From a virus, in IMG/VR virus record IMGVR_UViG_3300047469_000312, positions 108,465 through 172,464 of that record: a stretch of 64,000 nucleotides of DNA. One strand, given 5' to 3'. Of this stretch, positions 1 through 9,866 are shown piece after piece. The notes under the pieces were generated by a model. The model ran no database searches, was not told where the DNA came from, and was given only the letters and a program-made list of their open reading frames with translations. The position numbers and the translations under genes are program-made. Position 1 is the first letter of the stretch, and the number at the start of each line of letters is the position of its first letter.

Positions 1-1
1 G

Positions 2-376
2 CTGGGCCGAGTCTGGAACCCCCAAGCCATGGCTAAAGCTGTGGAGAAGTTTAATGCGCGTGTGGAGCAGGGCCGCGCGCACGGTGAACTGGGCCAACCT
101 GCTCGCTACGCAGGTCAGTCCCACGAACAGTACAAAGAGCGCTGCCAGACGGTGGAGATGGGGAATACCTGCTGTCAGATCACTGACGTGAAGATCGAAG
201 AGAACAAGTTGGTCGCCTGCATGAAGCCCTCGGGGCGCTGGAAGGGCTCGCTTGAACAACTGTTGGAAGACGACGTACCCGTCACGCTGGGGATTCGTGC
301 GCTGTGCGACATTAAAGCAGACGGTGAAGTCAAGGTAAAGGACATCGTCACGTTTGATGTGATCTCGCCGACCTGA
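2..376 (+). CDS. Prohead-protease-like protein (T4 gp21/phiKZ gp175 family), 5'-truncated by the window edge, probably inactive
   Basis: Frame is open from position 2 (LGRVWNPQAMAKAVEKF). Motifs GELGQP, KPSG, LGIRA and IVTFDVI follow the family layout GELxHP ... SxR ... TxDxV. Confidence 0.6.
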   Translation: MGRVWNPQAMAKAVEKFNARVEQGRAHGELGQPARYAGQSHEQYKERCQTVEMGNTCCQITDVKIEENKLVACMKPSGRWKGSLEQLLEDDVPVTLGIRALCDIKADGEVKVKDIVTFDVISPT

Positions 377-405
377 ATTAACATAAACTAAAACGAGGAA
401 TCACC

Positions 406-1227
406 ATGTTTATCAGCCAGTACGAAATCGATTACCGCAAGGCGACGACCACACACATCGGCAAAGAGCTGTTCGGGCGGCAGGCCATGTACTACCATCT
501 GGTCGACGATCACTCGGAGAACCCCGAGAAGCCGCCGCTGCAAGTGTGTCAGAGCGCTGGGGTCGTAGCTGGTATCCAGGGTGAGCCGGGTCAGGTGCCG
601 TTCTTGGTCGACCTGGCCGTTCCGACGACGGTGGATGGTATTTTCGTATTGCTCGAGAAGCTCGAAGTCAGTGCGATCGCCACCGAAGGTCCGGATGAGG
701 TAGCGGACGAGATTGGCTTGGTGGAATTTCACAACGCAGAACGCATCATCAACGCGGTGAACCACATGCAAGATCAGCGCCAGAAGCCCAAACGCAATCA
801 CCTCTCGCTAGTGGTCGATAACGTCAATACCGTCGAGGCGCTTGTCGAGTCCCTGCATCCGAAGATGGAGCTCAACTACGCGGTGCTCATCGAAGCCCTG
901 GAGCAGCATGTCTCGATCTCGCTGATGCCCTCGGCAAAAACGACGCACTTTCGTCACCATGTGCCCGTTGCCATCAAAGCCGAAGACGACGGTCACTTCC
1001 TCCGGATTTTGCGAGATCAGGGGCGCAGTGGCTTCTTCTATCGAGACGCTCTGCGTAAAGGTGAAGTCTACGCGGTGATTGCGATCGACGAGCTGGTGTT
1101 TATGGTGGGTCTGCGCTCGCACTTTACGGTGTGGGTCAAGAAGGACACCGAACGCTTTTACGACATGCATGAACAGACCTTCACGGTCGATCGTGAAGCC
1201 TTTATGCAGATTGTACGGTCGCTTTAA
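406..1227 (+). CDS. Hypothetical protein
   Basis: 273-aa ORF with GAGG RBS, co-directional packing. Confidence 0.8.
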   Translation: MFISQYEIDYRKATTTHIGKELFGRQAMYYHLVDDHSENPEKPPLQVCQSAGVVAGIQGEPGQVPFLVDLAVPTTVDGIFVLLEKLEVSAIATEGPDEVADEIGLVEFHNAERIINAVNHMQDQRQKPKRNHLSLVVDNVNTVEALVESLHPKMELNYAVLIEALEQHVSISLMPSAKTTHFRHHVPVAIKAEDDGHFLRILRDQGRSGFFYRDALRKGEVYAVIAIDELVFMVGLRSHFTVWVKKDTERFYDMHEQTFTVDREAFMQIVRSL

Positions 1228-1242
1228 ACAAGGAAACCCGGA

Positions 1243-1842
1243 ATGAAAACCCAAGAAGAGTTGCAAGCCATCGTGAACGAAATTCGCGAAGTCTGCAATT
1301 TGCACGGCGTGGTGCTGTTGCCTGCGCCAGATCAGGAAGCAGGTGGTTTTGAAATCCTGCTGGTGGAGTCGAAAGACATCGCCAACGTCGATCCGCACTG
1401 CATCTACTTCGGCGGCGAAGTGTCGCCCGAGAAGCTCAGCCTCACCAACAAGGTGATTGACCATTCGCATCGACTGGACGGGAGTGATAAGGTCCTGGAT
1501 CGGTTTGCCATCAAGGGCATCGGTGATGTGGTGGGCCACACCCAACCACGCATTGTGGTGTCGGAGTATCACGAGGGCGATACCGATCTCTTTAAGGGCG
1601 CGGTGAATGCAGTCGACGTGGATTCGCTCAGTGAAGTCGAGGACATCCTGTTTGTGAAGAACGCCCGTTTCGGGCTGGGGTTCACGCATTTCAGTATCGA
1701 GCTCTCGCACGGGCCGTTCGGGGTCCTGGTGGCGCATTACCAGGACAGCAAACCGCTCACCATCGGCTTCATTGAAGGTGCGCCCGAAGCTGATTTGCTC
1801 AAGCAATGGCCGCCCCAGGAGACGACTCATGGCGGTGTCTGA
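1243..1842 (+). CDS. Hypothetical protein
   Basis: 199-aa ORF with AAGGA RBS. Confidence 0.8.
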   Translation: MKTQEELQAIVNEIREVCNLHGVVLLPAPDQEAGGFEILLVESKDIANVDPHCIYFGGEVSPEKLSLTNKVIDHSHRLDGSDKVLDRFAIKGIGDVVGHTQPRIVVSEYHEGDTDLFKGAVNAVDVDSLSEVEDILFVKNARFGLGFTHFSIELSHGPFGVLVAHYQDSKPLTIGFIEGAPEADLLKQWPPQETTHGGV

Positions 1843-2164
1843 ACTGCATGTCCCGATGCGCGAGATTGTGGCACGCGAAGTGGACAACAAGGGCTCCGAG
1901 CTGGCGCGTGAACAAGCCATCATCATGGGCACGCACCAGCACTACAAGGGCGGCATTTATCAGGTGCTCTTCGAATGTCCGCATTCCGAGACCGGCGAAA
2001 CGATGGTGATTCGTAAGCATCTGTGGCCGCACCCGTTCTCCATCAAGGCGGTCCCCAAGGCTGTGTTCATGCAGGACATTGCCGAGGGCATGCCGCGGCA
2101 CCGCCCGCTCACTGCGACTGAGAAGGACCACGCCGAAGCGCAACTGAAGAAGAAGTACGCTTAA
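1829..2164 (+). CDS. DUF1653-like protein
   Basis: HYKGGIYQV...HSETGE motif; AGGAG RBS before ATG 1829. Confidence 0.7.
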   Translation: MAVSELHVPMREIVAREVDNKGSELAREQAIIMGTHQHYKGGIYQVLFECPHSETGETMVIRKHLWPHPFSIKAVPKAVFMQDIAEGMPRHRPLTATEKDHAEAQLKKKYA

Positions 2165-2169
2165 GGCGG

Positions 2170-2198
2170 AAGCGGGGCCTAGACCACCCCGCTTTTTT
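2170..2198 (+). terminator. Intrinsic terminator
   Basis: AAGCGGGG/CCCCGCTT stem followed by a T-run. Confidence 0.75.
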
Positions 2199-2219
2199 AT
2201 TTAATTTAGAGGAAGAAAA

Positions 2220-3644
2220 ATGAATTACCTCACGAATCTCTGGTTGGCGTTTAACGCTTACTCACATTCGAATCCCATGATTGCGGGGGCAGTCTCTCTG
2301 TGGGGTTTAGGCCTAGTCACCTGGGTCTTTCGCAAGATCCCGATGAAGCTCATCAGCAAGATTCACGGCCAGCTCACCACCACGCTCACCTTCGACAATA
2401 CGGAGCTGGGCTGGGCACGGGAGAATTATGCAAGCTTCATGGAGTGGTTCATGCAGAACAAGTGGGCGAAGTATTCGCGCCAGCTGGCTTTGCAGACCTA
2501 CGGTGCGCAGTTCTTTGATCGACACAATGGTCACGGCAGTCGCAATGCGGCTGACGTGGCTATCGGTGACGGTAACCACTTTTTTTTCTTCAAGCGACGC
2601 CTGTTTCTGATGCACCGCCGGACGATGGAAAAGCAAGGCCGCGATAATATCGTCTACGTGGTGACGCTCACCATGTTTGGTCGCAACAAAGCGATCATGC
2701 AAGACCTGGTGGATGTGTTTTGCCACAAGTTCCCGGAGAACAAGCTGAAGCTGATGCGCTTTAAGAGCAATTACTGGGCCGATTACGCGATGCTCGATCG
2801 CCGTGAGTTGAAAACCGTGATTGTCGAGAAGGCACTCAAGCAGTCGCTCGTCAAAGCCATTGAAGACTTCCAGATGAGCGAGGCCTGGTACACTGCGCGG
2901 GGCTTGCCCTGGAAGAAGACCTTTGTGCTGCATGGCGTGCCTGGCACCGGTAAGACCAGTCTCATCAAGGCACTCGCCAGCCACTTCAATCTGAACGTGT
3001 GTCGGTTGAACCTGAATGCGCTCAATGACGAGATGCTGGAAGAGGCACTCGCGAATATTCCGAGCCGCTCCATTCTGGCGATCGAGGACTTTGACTCGGC
3101 AAAAGCTACGCGGCGGCGTTCAGCTATGAAGAGTGACGACAGCACGAAGTACACGGTCGCAGTGAAATACGACAGCAGCGGTAAGCCGAACCTGGAAAGC
3201 GCGATCAATTCGATCAAGGGTCTAGGGGTGGATGACGCGCCGGTTAATCCGATGGCGAAGCTCCTCGAAGACATGGATGGCCTCACGCTCTCCGGTATTC
3301 TGAACGCGCTGGACGGCATTGCCTCGCTGCATGGCACGCTGATCTTCCTCACGACCAATACGCTGGATGACATTGATCCGGCGGTGATTCGTAAGGGTCG
3401 CGTGGACCACGTCTTCGAGATCAAGCCGCTCACGCACAGCGAAGTGCTGGACTACATCGAGCTGATGTTCCCTGGCCGGAGCTCGGAACCCGCTGCGTGC
3501 TTTAGCAGTATCCTGGGGTGTGACCTGCAGGCGCTGTACTTCGAGCATCACGATAACTTCGATCAATTCATCGATGCCATCCCGAAAGTCAACGATCTGG
3601 AAGACACGATTCGCCAGATCGACACTCTCATTAAAGCTGCTTAA
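2220..3644 (+). CDS. BCS1-like AAA ATPase
   Basis: N-terminal TM segment, Walker A GVPGTGKTS, IEDFD Walker B, LSGILNALDG, TTN, RKGRVD. Confidence 0.85.
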   Translation: MNYLTNLWLAFNAYSHSNPMIAGAVSLWGLGLVTWVFRKIPMKLISKIHGQLTTTLTFDNTELGWARENYASFMEWFMQNKWAKYSRQLALQTYGAQFFDRHNGHGSRNAADVAIGDGNHFFFFKRRLFLMHRRTMEKQGRDNIVYVVTLTMFGRNKAIMQDLVDVFCHKFPENKLKLMRFKSNYWADYAMLDRRELKTVIVEKALKQSLVKAIEDFQMSEAWYTARGLPWKKTFVLHGVPGTGKTSLIKALASHFNLNVCRLNLNALNDEMLEEALANIPSRSILAIEDFDSAKATRRRSAMKSDDSTKYTVAVKYDSSGKPNLESAINSIKGLGVDDAPVNPMAKLLEDMDGLTLSGILNALDGIASLHGTLIFLTTNTLDDIDPAVIRKGRVDHVFEIKPLTHSEVLDYIELMFPGRSSEPAACFSSILGCDLQALYFEHHDNFDQFIDAIPKVNDLEDTIRQIDTLIKAA

Positions 3645-3667
3645 GAACAACAGGAACAAAAAAGAAA

Positions 3668-4432
3668 ATGGATAGTCGTCCGCGCGTTATCTGTGGTTTC
3701 CCTGGCGTGGGTAAAACCACCCTGTTTAACAAACTGCGTCACTCCGGGATTTTGATCCATGACTCCGACAGCAGTCAGTTCAACAAGGACCAGTTCCCCG
3801 AGAACTACATCGCTCATATCCAAGCCTGCCTCGCAGCGGGTGCGTGGGTGCTTTGTTCGACGCACACGGTTGTGCGTGACGCGCTGGTGAAAGCCGGGAT
3901 CAGTTACGCCATTGCGGCACCCGCGCACAAGTACTTGAAGGACGAGTACATGGCGCGTTATCGGGAACGTGGCTCCCCGGAAGGCTTTCTTAAGCTGATG
4001 GATGCGAAGTGGGACGAGTTCATGGATGACGTGTGGGTCAATGACAAGCGCGGTATCCATATCGGCCTGGGTGAAGGCGAATATCTCGAGCGCATTGCCA
4101 AGGACATCCTCAAAAGCGATGAAGGCATGCGCTTTAAGGTATTCCACAACCCGCTGAATTCGAAAGAAGCCTTGCGCGTGGGGCAGCCGTACTTCACTAC
4201 CGAAATGCTGAATGGCTTTCAAGCTGGGCTCATCTGGGCCGAGATGCTCGAAGCCAAAGCTCAAGGTTGGATCAATCCAGCCGAGAGCGCTCAGTACTCC
4301 GTGCGGGCGGACGCGCATCGGATTTATACCGACATGGCGGCTGCGCTGTCATTGGACCTGGATGTCAAGGTCTCGATGAACCCGCAGGTGATTGATCTCA
4401 CGTTCCGTCCGCGTCTGAAGGTGCCAGCATGA
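3668..4432 (+). CDS. P-loop (nucleotide-kinase-like) protein
   Basis: VICGFPGVGKTT, DSDSS. Confidence 0.65.
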   Translation: MDSRPRVICGFPGVGKTTLFNKLRHSGILIHDSDSSQFNKDQFPENYIAHIQACLAAGAWVLCSTHTVVRDALVKAGISYAIAAPAHKYLKDEYMARYRERGSPEGFLKLMDAKWDEFMDDVWVNDKRGIHIGLGEGEYLERIAKDILKSDEGMRFKVFHNPLNSKEALRVGQPYFTTEMLNGFQAGLIWAEMLEAKAQGWINPAESAQYSVRADAHRIYTDMAAALSLDLDVKVSMNPQVIDLTFRPRLKVPA

Positions 4433-4812
4433 GGGCCGCGTTCTTTGCTCGCGTCCTGAACCGCAGTTTCGATCCAGTGCGTGACTGCGGTGTGTACCGG
4501 AATAAAACCGAAGGCAGTTGCGTGCACGTGGATGGCATGCTCTGCGAAGAATCTTGCTCGATGCGTCAAGCGTACGCAGAAGTACGAGCCAAAGTGCCGG
4601 TACTGGAAGCATCCGGGGATGACCCGATCGTGTACCAGTACCGGCATTATGAAGCAAGTCCATACGTTGCCGAAGCTAGTCGGGGTTGGCAAGCGTGGAA
4701 GACTTGCGATGAACAAGAATTAGTCGACATTCGCACGTACATCTCCCGTGGTCTCAAATACCAGATCCGGATTCTGCGTGAAAGTCGCGTGGAGGGCTTC
4801 AGCCCCTCCTGA
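4429..4812 (+). CDS. Hypothetical protein with Cys-rich N-terminus
   Basis: ATGA overlap with upstream gene. Confidence 0.7.
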   Translation: MRAAFFARVLNRSFDPVRDCGVYRNKTEGSCVHVDGMLCEESCSMRQAYAEVRAKVPVLEASGDDPIVYQYRHYEASPYVAEASRGWQAWKTCDEQELVDIRTYISRGLKYQIRILRESRVEGFSPS

Positions 4813-4827
4813 GCATTAGGATTTAAC

Positions 4828-5166
4828 ATGAGTGAGCATAACGCAGTAGTGTATCTGGGCCGTGGCAACATGAACATCCTCCAGCAGACCAATGATGCCG
4901 GGACCGATTACGCGGACCCGATCGCCAAGCTGGAAGTCATCGCGGTGAGCGGCGGACATCAACCGATCACCACGGAGCGCATGACTGCCATGCATTCCAC
5001 CACGATCATGTTTCGTACCGGCCATCGTCATCGGGGTACAGTGACGATTCAGCACCAGATCGGGGATGTCCTGGTGCAAGGCGACGACTTGAACGGACTG
5101 GACGACGTGTGTCTGCATTTGCGTGTCGTGCGTCAGAATCTGGCCAAGCGTCGTAAAGCCGCATGA
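4828..5166 (+). CDS. Hypothetical protein
   Basis: ORF with AGGA RBS. Confidence 0.7.
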   Translation: MSEHNAVVYLGRGNMNILQQTNDAGTDYADPIAKLEVIAVSGGHQPITTERMTAMHSTTIMFRTGHRHRGTVTIQHQIGDVLVQGDDLNGLDDVCLHLRVVRQNLAKRRKAA

Positions 5167-5327
5167 AGACCTGCTTCTCGGTTAACATGCGCGTCAAGCG
5201 GTTGCAGCAGGCAGGATCGCGTCGGATTAAGATTGCGATCCGCAAGCTCGGCCAAGAGGCGCTCACCGAGGACGAAATTGTCCGCGCTGTGAAGCGTCTT
5301 CAACAACAGATCAAGAACAGGAAATAG
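5163..5327 (+). CDS. Small basic hypothetical protein (54 aa, not in the ORF track)
   Basis: ATGA overlap; reads MKTCFSVNMRVKRL...IKNRK and fills the gap exactly. Confidence 0.55.
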   Translation: MKTCFSVNMRVKRLQQAGSRRIKIAIRKLGQEALTEDEIVRAVKRLQQQIKNRK

Positions 5328-5329
5328 CG

Positions 5330-6133
5330 ATGGCAGTAGATGAAAACGTGCTGGCCCATTTGGAATCCATCCGACTGACGTATAACGTCACCATCCTGCA
5401 CGCAGTCGAAGTAGGGAGTCGGGCGTGGGGACTGGCCAACCCACAGAGTGACCATGACATCGGTTTCATCTACGTGCGTCCTAAACACACGTACTTCCAG
5501 ATCAACCAAGGGCATCGCGACGCGGCCTTGCTGGAAAACCGTGACACGCTCGAAATCAAGGTCGACGGCTTTGGCGACTTGAATGGTTTTGACATCGAGA
5601 AGGCCACTACCCTAGCGTACAACTCGAATCCGTCCATCGTCGACTGGCTGCGACTGCCCGAGTATTATTCCACGGATCATGCGAATCGCTTGCGTGAACT
5701 GATGTGGAAAGGTTTCTCGACGTTAAAGCTGCGTCAGCAGAACGTCTCGATCTTGCGGCGCAATTACAAGACCTACGTCGAACCACGCCCCACTGTCTCA
5801 GTGAAGAAGTACCTGCACACCGTGCGGCCGCTATTGAATGCGATCTGGTTCGAACGTACCGCAACCTTCGACCTCGGCACGGAATGTCCGCCGGTGAATT
5901 ACCTGGCATTGTGCAATGTGGCGGCGTACAACCACGACCTGCTCGAAGGCTGCATGCAGCTGTTGCACCTGAAGCTTAAGGGCGAAGAGCGCGTGCAACG
6001 CATCGCTGGCATCGACCGTGTGATTGAGAAGATGCTAGAAAGCCGTGAGATCCCTCAAGGTCTCACCCGTATAGCTCCGGACATTGTCCAGTACGATCGT
6101 TTCTTTGCGGACGTTGTCCTTCAACAGAACTGA
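5330..6133 (+). CDS. Pol-beta-superfamily nucleotidyltransferase (YcgL/RlaP-like)
   Basis: EVGSRAWG...SDHDIGFIY, SNPSIVDWL, KKYLH.VRPLL. Confidence 0.8.
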   Translation: MAVDENVLAHLESIRLTYNVTILHAVEVGSRAWGLANPQSDHDIGFIYVRPKHTYFQINQGHRDAALLENRDTLEIKVDGFGDLNGFDIEKATTLAYNSNPSIVDWLRLPEYYSTDHANRLRELMWKGFSTLKLRQQNVSILRRNYKTYVEPRPTVSVKKYLHTVRPLLNAIWFERTATFDLGTECPPVNYLALCNVAAYNHDLLEGCMQLLHLKLKGEERVQRIAGIDRVIEKMLESREIPQGLTRIAPDIVQYDRFFADVVLQQN

Positions 6134-6135
6134 TC

Positions 6136-6369
6136 ATGAAACTGAGCGAAGCACTAAGCATCATTCGGCGGCATGGGCGCGGCATCGCCGTATGTCAGAA
6201 CGGACGCGATGAGCATCATGTTCAGTACAGCTACGACCGCCATTTGCGGCTCACGTGGCAAGCAGGTAGCACTGCGGGCGGAGTGGTGACTGGTAGCCTC
6301 ATCCCGGATATGAATAGCGAGGGCTGGCAGGTGTTTGCCAGCCTGTACTCGCAGACCCAATTGTCGTAA
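6136..6369 (+). CDS. Hypothetical protein
   Basis: Packed ORF. Confidence 0.6.
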   Translation: MKLSEALSIIRRHGRGIAVCQNGRDEHHVQYSYDRHLRLTWQAGSTAGGVVTGSLIPDMNSEGWQVFASLYSQTQLS

Positions 6370-6378
6370 GGATCAAGC

Positions 6379-6879
6379 ATGGCCAGTAACATGGAAGCAA
6401 TTGCATCCGTTCAGGGGTTGCGCCCCTGGGTGATGGAGCTCGTGAAGAACGACGAATGGTTGGACCTGTTCGATGCGGATACGGCTCGCCTGAACAAGGT
6501 GGTGATTCTGACTGCGACCAAGCCGTTTAATGGTGAGAAGGTCGACGTGTTTGGGATCATCCCCAAGGAAGCACTCAAGCCCTTCGGGCTGCACGAAAGT
6601 TTCATTGGCCGCCCCGCCCCCACGCACCAACTGGGTGCCGATCAAGCGATGGTGTTGATGGTGCGCTCGGTCGTTATTCCGCACAAGCAAACTGCCTGGA
6701 CACCGGGCCGAGACCCAAACAGTCGGGAAGTGGACTACTGTGACTTCATCGCTGCTGAACACGGCGTGAAGGACTTCGTGCACCGCACCCTCGTGCATCA
6801 GCGTCATACGGCGAAGTTCGGCGAGCAGATCGCCAACTTCCTCGCCAAGGGTGTGAAGCCGATCATCCTGCTCACATGA
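6379..6879 (+). CDS. Hypothetical protein
   Basis: Packed ORF with RBS. Confidence 0.75.
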   Translation: MASNMEAIASVQGLRPWVMELVKNDEWLDLFDADTARLNKVVILTATKPFNGEKVDVFGIIPKEALKPFGLHESFIGRPAPTHQLGADQAMVLMVRSVVIPHKQTAWTPGRDPNSREVDYCDFIAAEHGVKDFVHRTLVHQRHTAKFGEQIANFLAKGVKPIILLT

Positions 6880-7205
6880 GTGCGAACCTTGATGCGTTTG
6901 CTCAGCAATGCATGGCGAAGTATCCGGCTGCTCACGTATCGTGGTTTCTGATGTCCTCGTTCATTTACTACTACCACTGCAGTTCCTTGATTTCGGACGA
7001 TCTGTTCGAAGGGATCTGCAAGTGGCTAGAACGTAATATCGACACGATTGAGCATCCGCACAAGCACCTCATCACACACGACATGTTTGCGATCGGCAGT
7101 GCCTTTGCGCTGAGCTACAAGGATTATCCGTTGCGGGTGCGCTCGGCTGCCATGGCGCTACTTTTCCAACTCGACGAATTGAATAAGAAGGAAACAACAG
7201 CATGA
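6876..7205 (+). CDS. Protein resembling NAD-dependent DNA ligase domain Ia
   Basis: YYY...SLISDDLFE resembles YY...P.ISD.EYD. Confidence 0.45.
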   Translation: MSANLDAFAQQCMAKYPAAHVSWFLMSSFIYYYHCSSLISDDLFEGICKWLERNIDTIEHPHKHLITHDMFAIGSAFALSYKDYPLRVRSAAMALLFQLDELNKKETTA

Positions 7206-7516
7206 CTGGAGTAGAACCCAAGACTGAAAGCGACTATCCTCTTTCGGGCATGGTTGCTCGCGCTATGCTGCGCGAGTACATCGACGAAGTAGTAGCCAAG
7301 AGTCGTGACACCTGCGCGGAGATCATTCAGGAGCTGCGAGGCACGCTGAAGGTCAAGCGCATCGACCTGAAAGAGTTCGATTGGGCGGAGTATCCGACGA
7401 TCATCGCGATGTCATTCTCGCTCGTCAATGACGAGACCAACATCCGTCATCTGTTCTCGCCCAAGCATTCGGCCTGGCAGACTTCCTGCGACAGCGCTTA
7501 CGTTAAGGAGGCGTGA
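7202..7516 (+). CDS. Hypothetical protein
   Basis: ATGA overlap, RBS. Confidence 0.7.
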   Translation: MTGVEPKTESDYPLSGMVARAMLREYIDEVVAKSRDTCAEIIQELRGTLKVKRIDLKEFDWAEYPTIIAMSFSLVNDETNIRHLFSPKHSAWQTSCDSAYVKEA

Positions 7517-7863
7517 TGATCAATCTAAATAACGCGAATCCGGAGTTCTGTTTTGTCCTCGGCGTGGTGCTTCTGATTGCGATGTTTTACTTCGTTATGC
7601 GCGAAGAACAGGCGAAGAAGATTCGCGAGAGTCGTTACTGGCCCATTGCCTTTATTGGTTGGCCGCTCGTCCTGTCGATTCCCGCTAAGCTGATGCTACC
7701 GTTCTTTGACCAAGCGCAGATCAACGAAGACATTTTCGTGCCGTCATTGTTCGGCGGTGTCCTGTTGCTGTGCGGCGTGTCGCTCTTTATTCAGCATCGT
7801 CGCATGAAGAAGGAAGCTGAGCGAGATTTCCAAAACGCTCTACGGCGAGGTAGACGTGGTTGA
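7513..7863 (+). CDS. Membrane protein (3 predicted TM segments)
   Basis: Three hydrophobic stretches. Confidence 0.7.
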   Translation: MMINLNNANPEFCFVLGVVLLIAMFYFVMREEQAKKIRESRYWPIAFIGWPLVLSIPAKLMLPFFDQAQINEDIFVPSLFGGVLLLCGVSLFIQHRRMKKEAERDFQNALRRGRRG

Positions 7864-8057
7864 TCCAGACATCCGGGCTGAACTCTGCTACGAGATTCGT
7901 GATCTGCGCGCGGAGGCTGATCCCGATGCTCCTCATGCCGTCTTCAGTTTTTACGTGGTGACGTAACAAAGATAAACGATGAACCTTATCTTCGTCGATC
8001 GTGGTCCGGCCACGAGCTGGACCGATCACAACCTCATACAAGCTTACAAATAAGAAC

Positions 8058-8465
8058 ATGCTCAAGATCAATATCGAACATGGCGATGTCGGTGTTGCCG
8101 CCGCAGTAGCAGGCATTATCGAGAACGCACTGGCTCAGCACGGTTTCACCAACGTGAAGGGCAAGATCGTGATGGTGTACCAGGAAGTCAAGCGCGATGC
8201 CGCAGGCAGTGTCGTGCCTAGCTTCGGCAAGGTCAATCAGCTCTCGCCGCTGGTCGATCCTGCAATCGAGTTACGTCCGAAGATGTACACGACGGAACTG
8301 ATGGACGCCCGCATCGCTTATGGCTACCCGGTTATCGTCGACTGGATGAAGGCCGATCGACCGGATGTCTTCGCTTCTCCGGTACTGATCGATACGGGTA
8401 TCGAATCTACTCCGTATCAAGAACAACTGAAAGCGTTCAAGGAAGGGAAAGATGCTGCGTGCTGA
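8058..8465 (+). CDS. Hypothetical protein
   Basis: ORF; start ATG 8058 chosen. Confidence 0.7.
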   Translation: MLKINIEHGDVGVAAAVAGIIENALAQHGFTNVKGKIVMVYQEVKRDAAGSVVPSFGKVNQLSPLVDPAIELRPKMYTTELMDARIAYGYPVIVDWMKADRPDVFASPVLIDTGIESTPYQEQLKAFKEGKDAAC

Positions 8466-9339
8466 ACAACAATACCTGAACGGCCTGCGCCGCATCCATG
8501 ACGAAGGCGTCGATCTCAAGAACGAACGCACCGGGATCGTCTGTCGGACGGTGATCAATGTCGACCTCACGTACGACGCGACCAGCAACAAGGCACCGAT
8601 CGTCACCACGCGTAAAGCACCGGTGAAACTCCCGATCGCTGAGCTGCTCGGTTACATCAAGGGTGTCACGTCCGCCGCACAGATGCGCGAGCTCGGCACC
8701 AAGTCGTGGGACGCCAACGCCAACGAAAATACGGCATGGCTGAAGAACCCCAACCGTCAAGGTGAAGACGACCTCGGCCTGATCTACGGGGCAGTCGCCA
8801 AGAACTGGCCTGTCACTGAGTTTTACACGCCGGATGGTGGTGAGTCGAACACCACACTCGATCTGTTCCGCAAGGTCTACAACAACCTGAAGAAGGGCGT
8901 CGATGATCGGGGCGAAATCATCACGTTCTGGAATCCGGGTATGTTCCACTTGGGCTGCCTGCGGCCGTGCATGTACGAACATCAGTTCTCGCTGTTGGGT
9001 GACGACCTGTATCTGAATTCGACCCAGCGCTCTTCAGACTGGCCGCTCGGCACCGTGGCGAACATGGTGCAGGTCTGGTTGTTCCTGCGACTGATGGCGC
9101 AGATTACGGGCAAGAACCCGAAGTACGCGTATCACCGTAATGTGAACTCGCACATCTACGGCAACCAGCTGGACTTGGTGCCTGTGCAGTTGAGCCGGTC
9201 GATTTTGGCTGAGCCGACGATTGACATCAACCCAGACATCAAGACGCTGGAAGATCTGGAAACCTGGGTGACGGTCGACGATTTCAAGGTCACGTATCCG
9301 GAATACCATCCGGCGATCAACTATCCATTTGCGGTGTGA
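8452..9339 (+). CDS. thyA: Thymidylate synthase
   Basis: DDRGEI, LRPC catalytic Cys, QRSSD.PLG...N, HIY. Confidence 0.95.
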   Translation: MLRAEQQYLNGLRRIHDEGVDLKNERTGIVCRTVINVDLTYDATSNKAPIVTTRKAPVKLPIAELLGYIKGVTSAAQMRELGTKSWDANANENTAWLKNPNRQGEDDLGLIYGAVAKNWPVTEFYTPDGGESNTTLDLFRKVYNNLKKGVDDRGEIITFWNPGMFHLGCLRPCMYEHQFSLLGDDLYLNSTQRSSDWPLGTVANMVQVWLFLRLMAQITGKNPKYAYHRNVNSHIYGNQLDLVPVQLSRSILAEPTIDINPDIKTLEDLETWVTVDDFKVTYPEYHPAINYPFAV

Positions 9340-9341
9340 GC

Positions 9342-9608
9342 ATGTCCGAGAAAAGCCTAGAAGAAGAACTCGCGTTCTTGCGTGAGCGCGAGATAGAGGT
9401 CATCGGTTTGCTGGGGTTCTTGAAGCCCGTCATGCAAGCAAACGTTGATGTCAATTTCACGCTCAGTCGGGACGAGCATGGATTTGGAAAGCTCTATATG
9501 CATCCGCTCGCGGTCTCTGCAGAAGACGCCGGAGATAAGCCTGTCTGGTGTGGTTCGGTGGCGGTGCTTTCACCGAGCTTTCTGAAGACGTTTGTCGATA
9601 AGGACTGA
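9342..9608 (+). CDS. Hypothetical protein
   Basis: Packed ORF. Confidence 0.6.
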   Translation: MSEKSLEEELAFLREREIEVIGLLGFLKPVMQANVDVNFTLSRDEHGFGKLYMHPLAVSAEDAGDKPVWCGSVAVLSPSFLKTFVDKD

Positions 9609-9609
9609 C

Positions 9610-9855
9610 ATGGCCTACGCAAAAGTGCTCTGGCATCCGGCACAGAACCGCGCGCTCACGGATGAGGAAGCCGCTTACGTAGATGCGTGCGCGATGCGGG
9701 CTATGGAAGGCTATATCTCCCGTGGTACGAATCTCACGTCAGCAGACATCGCGGACATCTCGTACAAAACAGCGTTCATGATGCTAGACGTTCGTCAAGA
9801 TCGCTACATGAAGATGGTCAAGTACGAGGTCAAAGAAGAAACCCGACCGGGTTGA
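9610..9855 (+). CDS. Hypothetical protein
   Basis: AAGGA RBS before ATG 9610. Confidence 0.65.
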   Translation: MAYAKVLWHPAQNRALTDEEAAYVDACAMRAMEGYISRGTNLTSADIADISYKTAFMMLDVRQDRYMKMVKYEVKEETRPG

Positions 9856-9866
9856 AGGATAGAATA

